Origin: Eledone cirrhosa
Lineage: Eukaryota
DNA: 64,000 nt
Assembly (NCBI GenBank): GCA_964016885.1
Contig: OZ024745.1
Coordinates: 65,596,001 to 65,660,000, forward strand
Direction: 5' to 3'
In this document: in pieces, positions 13,990-28,950 of the stretch
How the letters are laid out: every line of letters begins with the position of its first letter
Position numbering within the stretch: position 1 is the stretch's first letter
Notes under the pieces: model-generated
Told to the model about the DNA's origin: nothing
What the model saw: only the letters and a program-made list of their open reading frames with translations
Database searches by the model: none
Program-made: the position numbers and the translations under genes

Positions 13990-16900
13990 TGGGGGATACA
14001 TTTTTTATTTGGGTGATCCATTTTTTATTTGGGTGATCCATTTTTTATTTGGGTGATCCATTTTTTATTTGGGGGATCCATTTTTTATTTGGGTGATCCA
14101 TTTTTTATTTGGGGGGTCCATTTTTTATTTGGGGGATCCATTTTTATTTGGGTGATCCATTTTTTATTTGGGGGATCCATTTTTTATTTGGAGATCCATT
14201 TTTTATTTGGGTTGATCCCTTTTTTATTTGGGGGATCCATTTTTTATTTGGGTGATCCATTTTTTATTTGGGTGATCCATTTTTTATTTGGGGGATCCAT
14301 TTTTTATTTGGGGGATCCATTTTTTATTTGGGTGATTCATTTTTTATTTGGGGGATCCATTTTTTATTTGGGGGATCCATTTTTTTATTTGGGGGTCCAT
14401 TTTTTATTTGGGTGATCCATTTTTTATTTGGGTGATCCATTTTTTATTTGGGGGATCCATTTTTCATTTGGGTGATCCATTTTTTATTTGGGGGATCCAT
14501 TTTTTATTTGGGGGATCCATTTTTTATTTTGGGTGATCCATTTTTTATTAGGGGGATCCATTTTTTATTTGGGTGATCCATTTTTATTTGTAGATCCATT
14601 TTTTATTTGGGTGATCCATTTTTTAATTGGATGATCCATTTTTTATTTGGGGGATCCATTTTTTATTTGGGGGATCCATTATTTATTTGGGTGATCCATT
14701 TTTTATTTGGGGGATCCATTATTTATTTGGGTGATCCATTTTATATTTGGGTGATCCATTTTTTATTTGGGTGATCCATTTTTTATTTGGGTGATCCATT
14801 TTTTATTTGGGTGATCCATTTTTTGTTTGGGGGATCCATTTTTTATTTGGGTGATCCATTTTTTATTTGGGGGATCCATTTTTTATTTGAGGGATCCATT
14901 TTATATTTGGGTGATCCATTTTTTATTTGGGTGATCCATTTTTTATTTGGGGGATCCATTTTTTATTTGGGTGATCCATTTTTTATTTGGGTGATCCATT
15001 TTTTATTTGGGTGATCCATTTTTTATTTGTGGGATCCATTTTTTATTTGGGGGATCCATTTTTTATTTGGGTGATCCATTTTTTTATTTGGGGGATCCAT
15101 TTTTTATTTGGGTGATCCATTTTTTATTTGGGGGATTCATTTTTTATTTGGGGGATCCATTTTTTATTTGGGTGATCCATTTTTTTATTTGGGGGTCCAT
15201 TTTTTATTTGGGTGATCCATTTTTTATTTGGGTGATTCATTTTTTATTTGGGGGATCCATTTTTTATTTGGATCATCCATTTTTTATTTGGGGGATCCAT
15301 TTTTTATTTGGGGGATCCATTTTTTATTTTGGGTGATCCATTTTTTATTAGGGGGATCCATTTTTTATTTGGGTTATCCATTTTTATTTGTAGATCCATT
15401 TTTTATTTGGGTGATCCATTTTTTAATTGGGTGCTCCATTTTTTATTTGGGGGATCCATTTTTTATTTGGGGGATCCATTATTTATTTGGGTGATCCATT
15501 TTTTATTTGGGTGAACCATTTTTTATTTGGGTGATCCATTTTTTATTTGGGTGATCCATTTTTTATTTGGGTGATCCATTTTTTATTTGAGGCATCCATT
15601 TTATAATTGGGTGATCCATTTTTTATTTGGGTGATCCATTTTTTATTTGGGTGATCCTTTTTTTATTTGGGGGATCCATTTTTTATTTGGGGGAACCATT
15701 TTTTATTTGGGGGATCCATTTTTTATTTGGGTGATCCATTTTTTATTTGGGTGATCCATTTTTTATTTGGGGGATCCATTTTTTATTTGGGGGATCCATT
15801 TTTTCTTTGGGGGATCCATTTTTTATTTGGGGTATCCATTTTTTATTTGGGTGATCCATTTTTTATTTGGGGGATCCATTTTTTATTTGGGTGATCCATT
15901 TTTTATTTGTGGGATCCATTTTTCATTTGGGGGATCCATTTTTTATTTGGGGGATCCATTTTTTATTTGGGTGATCCATATTTTATTTGGGTGATCCATT
16001 TTTTATTTGGGGGATCCATTTTTTATTTGGGTGATCCATTTTTTATTTGGGGGATCCATTTTTTATTTGGGTGATCCATTTTTTATTTGGGGGATCCATT
16101 TTTTATTTGGGTGATCCATTTTTTATTTGGGGGATCCATTTCTTATTTGGGTGATCCATTTTTTATTTGGGTGATCCATTTTTTAATTGGGTGATCCATT
16201 TTTTATTTGGGGGATCCATTTTTTATTTGGGTGATCCATTTTTTATTTGGGTGGTCCATTTTTTATTTGGGTGATCCATTTTTTATTTGGGGGATACATT
16301 TTTTATTTGGGTGATCCATTTTTTATTTGGGGATCCATTTTTTATTTGGGTGATCCATTTTTTATTAGGGTGATCCATTTTTTATTTGGGGGATCCATTT
16401 TTTGTTTGGGTGATCCATTTTTTATTTGGGGGGTCCATTTTTTATTTGGGGGATCCATTTTTATTTGGGTGATCCATTTTTTATTTGGGGGCTCCATTTT
16501 TTATTTGGGGATCCATTTTTTATTTGGGTTGATCCCTTTTTTATTTGGGGGATCTATTTTTTATTTGGGTGATCCATTTTTTATTTGGGGGATCCATTTT
16601 TTATTTGGGTGATCCATTTTTTATTAGGGGGATCCATTTTTTATTTGGGTGATCCATTTTTATTTGGAGATCCATTTTTTATTTAGGTGATCCATTTTAT
16701 AATTGGGTGATCCATTTTTTATTTGGGGGATCCATTTTTTATTTGGGGGATCCATTATTTATTTGGGTGATCCATTTTATATTTGGGTGATCCATTTTTT
16801 ATTTGGGTGATCCATTTTTTATTTGGGTGATCCATTTTTTATTTGGGTGATCCATTTTTTATATGGGGGATCCATTTTTTATTTGGGTGATCCATTTTTT

Positions 16901-19900
16901 ATTTGGGTGATCCATTTTTTATTTGAGGGATCCATTTTATATTTGGGTGATCCATTTTTTATTTGGGTGATCCATTTTTTATTTGGGTGATCCATTTTTT
17001 ATTTGGAGGATCCATTTTTTATTTGTGGGATCCATTTTTTATTTGGGGGATCCATTTTTTATTTGGGTGATCCATTTTTTATTTGGGGGATCCATTTTTT
17101 ATTTGGGTGATCCATTTTTTATTTGGGGGATCCATTTTTTATTTGGGGGATCCATTTTTTATTTGGGTGATTCATTTTTTATTTGGGGGATCCATTTTTT
17201 ATTTGGGTGATCCATTTTTTTATTTGGGGGTCCATTTTTCATTTGGGTGATCCATTTTTTATTTGGGTGAACCATTTTTTATTTGGGGGATCCATTTTTT
17301 ATTTGGGTGATCCATTTTTTATTTGGGGGATCCATTTTTTATTTGGGGGATCCATTTTTTATTTTGGGTGATCCATTTTTTATTAGGGGGATCCATTTTT
17401 TATTTGGGTGATCCATTTTTATTTGTAGATCCATTTTTTATTTGGGTGATCCATTTTTTAATTGGATGATCCAATTTTTATTTGGGGGATCCATTTTTTA
17501 TTTGGGGGATCCATTATTTATTTGGGTGATCCATTTTTTATTTGGGGGATCCATTATTTATTTGGGTGATCCATTTTATATTTGGGTGATCCATTTTTTA
17601 TTTGGGTGATCCATTTTTTATTTGGGTGATCCATTTTTTATTTGGGTGATCCATTTTTTATTTGGGGGATCCATTTTTTATTTGGGTGATCCATTTTTTA
17701 TTTGGGGGATCCATTTTTTATTTGAGGGATCCATTTTATATTTGGGTGATCCATTTTTTATTTGGGTGATCCATTTTTTATTTGGGGGATCCATTTTTTA
17801 TTTGGGTGATCCATTTTTTATTTGGATGATCCATTTTTTATTTGGGTGATCCATTTTTTATTTGTAGGATCCATTTTTTATTTGGGGGATCCATTTTTTA
17901 TTTGGGTGATCCATTTTTTATTTGGGGGATCCATTTTTTATTTTGGGTGATCCATTTTTTATTAGGGGGATCCATTTTTTATTTGGGTTATCCATTTTTA
18001 TTTGTAGATCCATTTTTTATTTGGGTGATCCATTTTTTAATTGGGTGATCCATTTTTTATTTGGGGGATCCATTTTTTATTTGAGGGATCCATTATTTAT
18101 TTGGGTGATCCATTTTTTATTTGGGTGATCCATTTTTTATTTGGGTGATCCATTTTTTATTTGGGTGATCCATTTTTTATTTGAGGCATCCATTTTATAA
18201 TTGGGTGATCCATTTTTTATTTGGGTGATCCATTTTTTATTTGGGTGATCCTTTTTTTATTTGGGGGATCCATTTTTTATTTGGGGGAACCATTTTTTAT
18301 TTGGGGGATCCATTTTTTATTTGGGTGATCCATTTTTTATTTGGGTGATCCATTTTTTATTTGGGGGATCCATTTTTTATTTGGGGGATCCATTTTTTAT
18401 TTGTGGGATCCATTTTTTATTTGGGGTATCCATTTTTTATTTGGGTGATCCATTTTTTATTTGGGGGATCCATTTTTTATTTGGGGGATCCATTTTTTAT
18501 TTGGGTGATCCATTTTTTATTTGGGTGATCCATTTTTTATTTGGAGGATCCATTTTTTATTTGGGTGATCCATTATTTATTAGGGGGATCCATTTTTTAT
18601 TTGGGGGATCCATTTTTTATTTGGGTGATTCATTTTTTATTTGCGGGATCCATTCTTTATTTGGGTGATCCATTTTTTATTTGTGGCATCCATTTTTTAT
18701 TTGGGGGATCCATTTTTTATTTGAGGGATCCATTATTTATTTGGGTGATCCATTTTTTATTTGGGTGATCCATTTTTTATTTGGGTGATCCATTTTTTAT
18801 TTGGGTGATCCATTTTTTATTTGGATGATCCATTTTTTATTTGAGGCATCCATTTTATAATTGGTGTGATCCATTTTTTATTTGGGTGATCCATTTTTTA
18901 TTTGGGTGATCCTTTTTTTATTTGGGGGATCCATTTTTTATTTGGGGGAACCATTTTTTATTTGGGGGATCCATTTTTTATTTGGGTGATCCATTTTTTA
19001 TTTGGGTGATCCATTTTTTATTTGGGGGATCCATTTTTTATTTGGGGGATCCATTTTTTATTTGGGGGATCCATTTTTTATTTGGGGTATCCATTTTTTA
19101 TTTGGGTGATCCATTTTTTATTTGGGGGATCCATTTTTTATTTGGGGGATCCATTTTTTATTTGGGTGATCCATTTTTTATTTGGGTGATCCATTTTTTA
19201 TTTGGAGGATCCATTTTTTATTTGGGTGATCCATTATTTATTAGGGGGATCCATTTTTTATTTGGGGGATCCATTTTTTATTTGGGTGATTCATTTTTTA
19301 TTTGCGGGATCCATTCTTTATTTGGGTGATCCATTTTTTATTTGTGGGATCCATTTTTTATTTGGGGGATCCATTTTTTATTGGGGGATCCATTTTTTAT
19401 TTGGGTGATCCATTTTTTATTTGCGTGATCCATTTTTTATTTGGGGGATTCATTTTTTATTTGGGTGATCCATTTTTTATTTGGGTGATCCATTTTTTAT
19501 TGGGGGATCCATTTTTTATTTGGGGGATCCATTTTTTATTTGGGTGATCCATTTTTTATTTGGGTGATCCATTTTTTAATTGGGGGATCCATTTTTTATT
19601 TGGGTGATCCATTTTTTATTTGGGTGATCCATTTTTTATTTGGGGGATCCATTTTTTATTTGGGGGCAGAATTTTTATTTGGGTGATCCATTTTCTATTT
19701 GGGTGATCCATTTTTTATTTGGGGGATCCATTTTTTATTTGGGGGATCCATTTTTTATTTGGGTGATCCATTCTTTTATGGGGGATCCATTTTTTATTTG
19801 GGTGATCCATTTTTTATTTTTGGGATCCATTTTTTATTTGGGGGATACATTTTTTATTTGGGTGATCCATTTTTTATTTGGGGATCCATTTTTTATTTGG

Positions 19901-22900
19901 GTGATCCATTTTTTATTTGGGTGATCCATTTTTTATTTGGGGGATCCATTTTTTATTTGGGTGATCCATTTTTTATTTGGGGGGTCCATTTTTTATTTGG
20001 GGGATCCATTTTTATTTGGGTGATCCATTTTTTATTTGGGGGATCCATTTTTTATTTGGAGATCCATTTTTTATTTGGGTTGATCCCTTTTTTATTTGGG
20101 GGATCCATTTTTTATTTGGGTGATCCATTTTTTATTTGGGTGATCCATTTTTTATTTGGGGGATCCATTTTTTATTTGGGGGATCCATTTTTTATTTGGG
20201 TGATTCATTTTTTATTTGGGGGATCCATTTTTTATTTGGGGGATCCATTTTTTTATTTGGGGGTCCATTTTTTATTTGGGTGATCCATTTTTTATTTGGG
20301 TGATCCATTTTTTATTTGGGGGATCCATTTTTCATTTGGGTGATCCATTTTTTATTTGGGGGATCCATTTTTTATTTGGGGGATCCATTTTTTATTTTGG
20401 GTGATCCATTTTTTATTAGGGGGATCCATTTTTTATTTGGGTGATCCATTTTTATTTGTAGATCCATTTTTTATTTGGGTGATCCATTTTTTAATTGGAT
20501 GATCCATTTTTTATTTGGGGGATCCATTTTTTATTTGGGTGATTCATTTTTTATTTGGGTGATCCATTTTTTATTTGGGGGATCCATTTTTTATTTGGGT
20601 GATCCATTTTTTATTTGGGTGATCCATTTTTTATTTGGGTGATCCATTTTTTATTTGTGGGATCCATTTTTTATTTGGGGGATCCATTTTTTATTTGGGT
20701 GATCCATTTTTTTATTTGGGGGATCCATTTTTTATTTGGGTGATCCATTTTTTATTTGGGGGATTCATTTTTTATTTGGGGGATCCATTTTTTATTTGGG
20801 TGATCCATTTTTTTATTTGGGGGTCCATTTTTTATTTGGGTGATCCATTTTTTATTTGGGTGATTCATTTTTTATTTGGGGGATCCATTTTTTATTTGGA
20901 TCATCCATTTTTTATTTGGGGGATCCATTTTTTATTTGGGGGATCCATTTTTTATTTTGGGTGATCCATTTTTTATTAGGGGGATCCATTTTTTATTTGG
21001 GTTATCCATTTTTATTTGTAGATCCATTTTTTATTTGGGTGATCCATTTTTTAATTGGGTGATCCATTTTTTATTTGGGGGATCCATTTTTTATTTGGGG
21101 GATCCATTATTTATTTGGGTGATCCATTTTTTATTTGGGTGAACCATTTTTTATTTGGGTGATCCATTTTTTATTTGGGTGATCCATTTTTTATTTGGGT
21201 GATCCATTTTTTATTTGAGGCATCCATTTTATAATTGGGTGATCCATTTTTTATTTGGGTGATCCATTTTTTATTTGGGTGATCCTTTTTTTATTTGGGG
21301 GATCCATTTTTTATTTGGGGGAACCATTTTTTATTTGGGGGATCCATTTTTTATTTGGGTGATCCATTTTTTATTTGGGTGATCCATTTTTTATTTGGGG
21401 GATCCATTTTTTATTTGGGGGATCCATTTTTTATTTGGGGGATCCATTTTTTATTTGGGGTATCCATTTTTTATTTGGGTGATCCATTTTTTATTTGGGG
21501 GATCCATTTTTTATTTGGGTGATCCATTTTTTATTTGTGGGATCCATTTTTCATTTGGGGGATCCATTTTTTATTTGGGGGATCCATTTTTTATTTGGGT
21601 GATCCATATTTTATTTGGGTGATCCATTTTTTATTTGGGGGATCCATTTTTTATTTGGGTGATCCATTTTTTATTTGGGGGATCCATTTTTTATTTGGGT
21701 GATCCATTTTTTATTTGGGGGATCCATTTTTTATTTGGGTGATCCATTTTTTATTTGGGGGATCCATTTCTTATTTGGGTGATCCATTTTTTATTTGGGT
21801 GATCCATTTTTTAATTGGGTGATCCATTTTTTATTTGGGGGATCCATTTTTTATTTGTAGATCCATTTTTTATTTGGGTGATCCATTTTTTAATTGGGTG
21901 ATCCATTTTTTATTTGGGGGATCCATTTTTTATTTGGGGGATCCATTATTTATTTGGGTGATCCATTTTTTATTTGGGTGAACCATTTTTTATTTGGGTG
22001 ATCCATTTTTTATTTGGGTGATCCATTTTTTATTTGGGTGATCCATTTTTTATTTGAGGCATCCATTTTATAATTGGGTGATCCATTTTTTATTTGGGTG
22101 ATCCATTTTTTATTTGGGTGATCCATTTTTTATTAGGGTGATCCATTTTTTATTTGGGGGATCCATTTTTTGTTTGGGTGATCCATTTTTTATTTGGGGG
22201 GTCCATTTTTTATTTGGGGGATCCATTTTTATTTGGGTGATCCATTTTTTATTTGGGGGATCCATTTTTTATTTGGGGATCCATTTTTTATTTGGGTTGA
22301 TCCCTTTTTTATTTGGGGGATCTATTTTTTATTTGGGTGATCCATTTTTTATTTGGGGGATCCATTTTTTATTTGGGTGATCCATTTTTTATTAGGGGGA
22401 TCCATTTTTTATTTGGGTGATCCATTTTTATTTGGAGATCCATTTTTTATTTAGGTGATCCATTTTATAATTGGGTGATCCATTTTTTATTTGGGGGATC
22501 CATTTTTTATTTGGGGGATCCATTATTTATTTGGGTGATCCATTTTATATTTGGGTGATCCATTTTTTATTTGGGTGATCCATTTTTTATTTGGGTGATC
22601 CATTTTTTATTTGGGTGATCCATTTTTTATATGGGGGATCCATTTTTTATTTGGGTGATCCATTTTTTATTTGGGTGATCCATTTTTTATTTGAGGGATC
22701 CATTTTATATTTGGGTGATCCATTTTTTATTTGGGTGATCCATTTTTTATTTGGGTGATCCATTTTTTATTTGGAGGATCCATTTTTTATTTGGGGGATC
22801 CATTTTTTATTTGGGGGATCCATTTTTTATTTGGGTGATCCATTTTTTATTTGGGGGATCCATTTTTTATTTGGGTGATCCATTTTTTATTTGGGGGATC

Positions 22901-24110
22901 CATTTTTTATTTGGGGGATCCATTTTTTATTTGGGTGATTCATTTTTTATTTGGGGGATCCATTTTTTATTTGGGTGATCCATTTTTTTATTTGGGGGTC
23001 CATTTTTCATTTGGGTGATCCATTTTTTATTTGGGTAAACCATTTTTTATTTGGGGGATCCATTTTTTATTTGGGTGATCCATTTTTTATTTGGGGGATC
23101 CATTTTTTATTTGGGGGATCCATTTTTTATTTTGGGTGATCCATTTTTTATTAGGGGGATCCATTTTTTATTTAGGTGATCCATTTTTATTTGTAGATCC
23201 ATTTTTTATTTGGGTGATCCATTTTTTAATTGGATGAACCAATTTTTATTTGGGGGATCCATTTTTTATTTGGGGGATCCATTATTTATTTGGGTGATCC
23301 ATTTTTTATTTGGGGGATCCATTATTTATTTGGGTGATCCATTTTATATTTGGGTGATCCATTTTTTATTTGGGTGATCCATTTTTTATTTGGGTGATCC
23401 ATTTTTTATTTGGGGGATCCATTTCTTATTTGGGTGATCCATTTTTTATTTGGGGGATCCATTTTTTATTTGAGGGATCCATTTTATATTTGGGTGATCC
23501 ATTTTTTATTTGGGTGATCCATTTTTTATTTGGGGGATCCATTTTTTATTTGGGTGATCCATTTTTTATTTGGATGATCCATTTTTTATTTGGGTGATCC
23601 ATTTTTTATTTGTGGGATCCATTTTTTATTTGGGGGATCCATTTTTTATTTGGGTGATCCATTTTTTATTTGGGGGATCCATTTTTTATTTTGGGTGATC
23701 CATTTTTTATTAGGGGGATCCATTTTTTATTTGGGTTATCCATTTTTATTTGTAGATCCATTTTTTATTTGGGTGATCCATTTTTTAATTGGGTGATCCA
23801 TTTTTTATTTGGGGGATCCATTTTTTATTTGAGGGATCCATTATTTATTTGGGTGATCCATTTTTTATTTGGGTGATCCATTTTTTATTTGGGTGATCCA
23901 TTTTTTATTTGGGTGATCCATTTTTTATTTGAGGCATCCATTTTATAATTGGGTGATCCATTTTTTATTTGGGTGATCCATTTTTTATTTGGGTGATCCT
24001 TTTTTTATTTGGGGGATCCATTTTTTATTTGGGGGAACCATTTTTTATTTGGGGGATCCATTTTTTATTTGGGTGATCCATTTTTTATTTGGGTGATCCA
24101 TTTTTTATTT
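13990..24110 (+). repeat. ~5.6-5.9-kb period duplication in array A (~13990-18360 vs ~19840-24110) with internal whole-unit indels
   Basis: Matching ORF pairs: 14348/20216 (offset 5868), 15007/20635 and 15667/21295 (5628), 16983/22751 (5768), 17622/23370 (5748). The offsets differ by multiples of 20. Confidence 0.85.
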
Positions 24111-27100
24111 GGGGGATCCATTTTTTATTTGGGTGATCCATTTTTTATTTGGGGGATCCATTTTTTATTTGGGTGATCCATTTTTTATTTGGGGGATCCA
24201 TTTTTTATTTGGGTGATCCATTTTTTATTTGGGGGATCCATTTCTTATTTGGGTGATCCATTTTTTATTTGGGTGATCCATTTTTTAATTGGGTGATCCA
24301 TTTTTTATTTGGGGATCCATTTTTTATTTGTAGATCCATTTTTTATTTGGGTGATCCATTTTTTAATTGGGTGATCCATTTTTTATTTGGGGGATCCATT
24401 TTTTATTTGGGGGATCCATTATTTATTTGGGTGATCCATTTTTTATTTGGGTGAACCATTTTTTATTTGGGTGATCCATTTTTTATTTGGGTGATCCATT
24501 TTTTATTTGGGTGATCCATTTTTTATTTGAGGCATCCATTTTATAATTGGGTGATCCATTTTTTATTTGGGTGATCCATTTTTTATTTGGGTGATCCTTT
24601 TTTTATTTGGGGGATCCATTTTTTATTTGGGGGAACCATTTTTTATTTGGGGGATCCATTTTTTATTTGGGTGATCCATTTTTTATTTGGGTGATCCATT
24701 TTTTATTTGGGGGATCCATTTTTTATTTGGGGGATCCATTTTTTATTTGGGGGATCCATTTTTTATTTGGGGTATCCATTTTTTATTTGGGTGATCCATT
24801 TTTTATTTGGGGGATCCATTTTTTATTTGGGTGATCCATTTTTTATTTGTGGGATCCATTTTTCATTTGGGGGATCCATTTTTTATTTGGGGGATCCATT
24901 TTTTATTTGGGTGATCCATATTTTATTTGGGTGATCCATTTTTTATTTGGGGGATCCATTTTTTATTTGGGTGATCCATTTTTTATTTGGGGGATCCATT
25001 TTTTATTTGGGTGATCCATTTTTTATTTGGGGGATCCATTTTTTATTTGGGTGATCCATTTTTTATTTGGGGGATCCATTTCTTATTTGGGTGATCCATT
25101 TTTTATTTGGGTGATCCATTTTTTAATTGGGTGATCCATTTTTTATTTGGGGGATCCATTTTTTATTTGGGTGATCCATTTTTTATTTGGGTGGTCCATT
25201 TTTTATTTGGGTGATCCATTTTTTATTTGGGGGATACATTTTTTATTTGGGTGATCCATTTTTTATTTGGGGATCCATTTTTTATTTGGGTGATCCATTT
25301 TTTATTAGGGTGATCCATTTTTTATTTGGGGGATCCATTTTTTGTTTGGGTGATCCATTTTTTATTTGGGGGGTCCATTTTTTATTTGGGGGATCCATTT
25401 TTATTTGGGTGATCCAATTTTATTTGGGGGATCCATTTTTTATTTGGGGATCCATTTTTTATTTGGGTTGATCCCTTTTTTATTTGGGGGATCTATTTTT
25501 TATTTGGGTGATCCATTTTTTATTTGGGGGATCCATTTTTTATTTGGGTGATCCATTTTTTATTAGGGGGATCCATTTTTTATTTGGGTGATCCATTTTT
25601 ATTTGGAGATCCATTTTTTATTTAGGTGATCCATTTTATAATTGGGTGATCCATTTTTTATTTGGGGGATCCATTTTTTATTTGGGGGATCCATTATTTA
25701 TTTGGGTGATCCATTTTATATTTGGGTGATCCATTTTTTATTTGGGTGATCCATTTTTTATTTGGGTGATCCATTTTTTATTTGGGTGATCCATTTTTTA
25801 TATGGGGGATCCATTTTTTATTTGGGTGATCCATTTTTTATTTGGGTGATCCATTTTTTATTTGAGGGATCCATTTTATATTTGGGTGATCCATTTTTTA
25901 TTTGGGTGATCCATTTTTTATTTGGGTGATCCATTTTTTATTTGGAGGATCCATTTTTTATTTGGGGGATCCATTTTTTATTTGGGGGATCCATTTTTTA
26001 TTTGGGTGATCCATTTTTTATTTGGGGGATCCATTTTTTATTTGGGTGATCCATTTTTTATTTGGGGGATCCATTTTTTATTTGGGGGATCCATTTTTTA
26101 TTTGGGTGATTCATTTTTTATTTGGGGGATCCATTTTTTATTTGGGTGATCCATTTTTTTATTTGGGGGTCCATTTTTCATTTGGGTGATCCATTTTTTA
26201 TTTGGGTGAACCATTTTTTATTTGGGGGATCCATTTTTTATTTGGGTGATCCATTTTTTATTTGGGGGATCCATTTTTTATTTGGGGGATCCATTTTTTA
26301 TTTTGGGTGATCCATTTTTTATTAGGGGGATCCATTTTTTATTTAGGTGATCCATTTTTATTTGTAGATCCATTTTTTATTTGGGTGATCCATTTTTTAA
26401 TTGGATGATCCAATTTTTATTTGGGGGATCCATTTTTTATTTGGGGGATCCATTATTTATTTGGGTGATCCATTTTTTATTTGGGGGATCCATTATTTAT
26501 TTGGGTGATCCATTTTATATTTGGGTGATCCATTTTTTATTTGGGTGATCCATTTTTTATTTGGGTGATCCATTTTTTATTTGGGTGATCCATTTTTTAT
26601 TTGGGGGATCCATTTCTTATTTGGGTGATCCATTTTTTATTTGGGGGATCCATTTTTTATTTGAGGGATCCATTTTATATTTGGGTGATCCATTTTTTAT
26701 TTGGGTGATCCATTTTTTATTTGGGGGATCCATTTTTTATTTGGGTGATCCATTTTTTATTTGGATGATCCATTTTTTATTTGGGTGATCCATTTTTTAT
26801 TTGTGGGATCCATTTTTTATTTGGGGGATCCATTTTTTATTTGGGTGATCCATTTTTTATTTGGGGGATCCATTTTTTATTTTGGGTGATCCATTTTTTA
26901 TTAGGGGGATCCATTTTTTATTTGGGTTATCCATTTTTATTTGTAGATCCATTTTTTATTTGGGTGATCCATTTTTTAATTGGGTTATCCATTTTTTATT
27001 TGGGGGATCCATTTTTTATTTGAGGGATCCATTATTTATTTGGGTGATCCATTTTTTATTTGGGTGATCCATTTTTTATTTGGGTGATCCATTTTTTATT

Positions 27101-28950
27101 TGGGTGATCCATTTTTTATTTGAGGCATCCATTTTATAATTGGGTGATCCATTTTTTATTTGGGTGATCCATTTTTTATTTGGGTGATCCTTTTTTTATT
27201 TGGGGGATCCATTTTTTATTTGGGGGAACCATTTTTTATTTGGGGGATCCATTTTTTATTTGGGTGATCCATTTTTTATTTGGGTGATCCATTTTTTATT
27301 TGGGGGATCCATTTTTTATTTGGGGGATCCATTTTTTATTTGTGGGATCCATTTTTTATTTGGGGTATCCATTTTTTATTTGGGTGATCCATTTTTTATT
27401 TGGGGGATCCATTTTTTATTTGGGGGATCCATTTTTTATTTGGGTGATCCATTTTTTATTTGGGTGATCCATTTTTTATTTGGAGGATCCATTTTTTATT
27501 TGGGTGATCCATTTTTTATTTGTGGGATCCATTTTTTATTTGGGGTATCCATTTTTTATTTGGGGGATCCATTTTTTATTTGGGTGATCCATTTTTTATT
27601 TGGGTGATCCATTTTTTATTTGGGTGATCCATTTTTTATTTGGGGGATCCATTTTTTATTTGGGGGATCCATTTTTTATTTGTGGGATCCATTTTTTATT
27701 TGGGGTATCCATTTTTTATTTGGGGGATCCATTTTTTATTTGGGTGATTCATTTTTTATTTGCGGGATCCATTCTTTATTTGGGTGATCCATTTTTTATT
27801 TGTGGGATCCATTTTTTATTTGGGGGATCCATTTTTTATTTGAGGGATCCATTATTTATTTGGGTGATCCATTTTTTATTTGGGTGATCCATTTTTTATT
27901 TGGGTGATCCATTTTTTATTTGGGTGATCCATTTTTTATTTGGATGATCCATTTTTTATTTGAGGCATCCATTTTATAATTGGGTGATCCATTTTTTATT
28001 TGGGTGATCCATTTTTTATTTGGGTGATCCTTTTTTTATTTGGGGGATCCATTTTTTATTTGGGGGAACCATTTTTTATTTGGGGGATCCATTTTTTATT
28101 TGGGTGATCCATTTTTTATTTGGGTGATCCATTTTTTATTTGGGGGATCCATTTTTTATTTGGGGGATCCATTTTTTATTTGGGGGATCCATTTTTTATT
28201 TGGGGTATCCATTTTTTATTTGGGTGATCCATTTTTTATTTGGGGGATCCATTTTTTATTTGGGGGATCCATTTTTTATTTGGGTGATCCATTTTTTATT
28301 TGGGTGATCCATTTTTTATTTGGAGGATCCATTTTTTATTTGGGTGATCCATTATTTATTAGGGGGATCCATTTTTTATTTGGGGGATCCATTTTTTATT
28401 TGGGTGATTCATTTTTTATTTGCGGGATCCATTCTTTATTTGGGTGATCCATTTTTTATTTGTGGGATCCATTTTTTATTTGGGGGATCCATTTTTTATT
28501 GGGGGATCCATTTTTTATTTGGGTGATCCATTTTTTATTTGCGTGATCCATTTTTTATTTGGGGGATTCATTTTTTATTTGGGTGATCCATTTTTTATTT
28601 GGGTGATCCATTTTTTATTGGGGGATCCATTTTTTATTTGGGGGATCCATTTTTTATTTGGGTGATCCATTTTTTATTTGGGTGATACATTTTTTAATTG
28701 GGGGATCCATTTTTTATTTGGGTGATCCATTTTTTATTTGGGTGATCCATTTTTTATTTGGGGGATCCATTTTTTATTTGGGGGCAGAATTTTTATTTGG
28801 GTGATCCATTTTCTATTTGGGTGATCCATTTTTTATTTGGGGGATCCATTTTTTATTTGGGGGATCCATTTTTTATTTGGGTGATCCATTCTTTTATGGG
28901 GGATCCATTTTTTATTTGGGTGATCCATTTTTTATTTTTGGGATCCATTT
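15380..28950 (+). repeat. ~8.94-9.12-kb offset duplication in array A (~15380-19830 vs ~24320-28950)
   Basis: Matching ORF pairs: 15667/24607 and 16247/25187 (offset 8940), 16983/25922, 17622/26561 and 18261/27200 (8939), 18922/28040 and 19640/28758 (9118). Confidence 0.85.
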
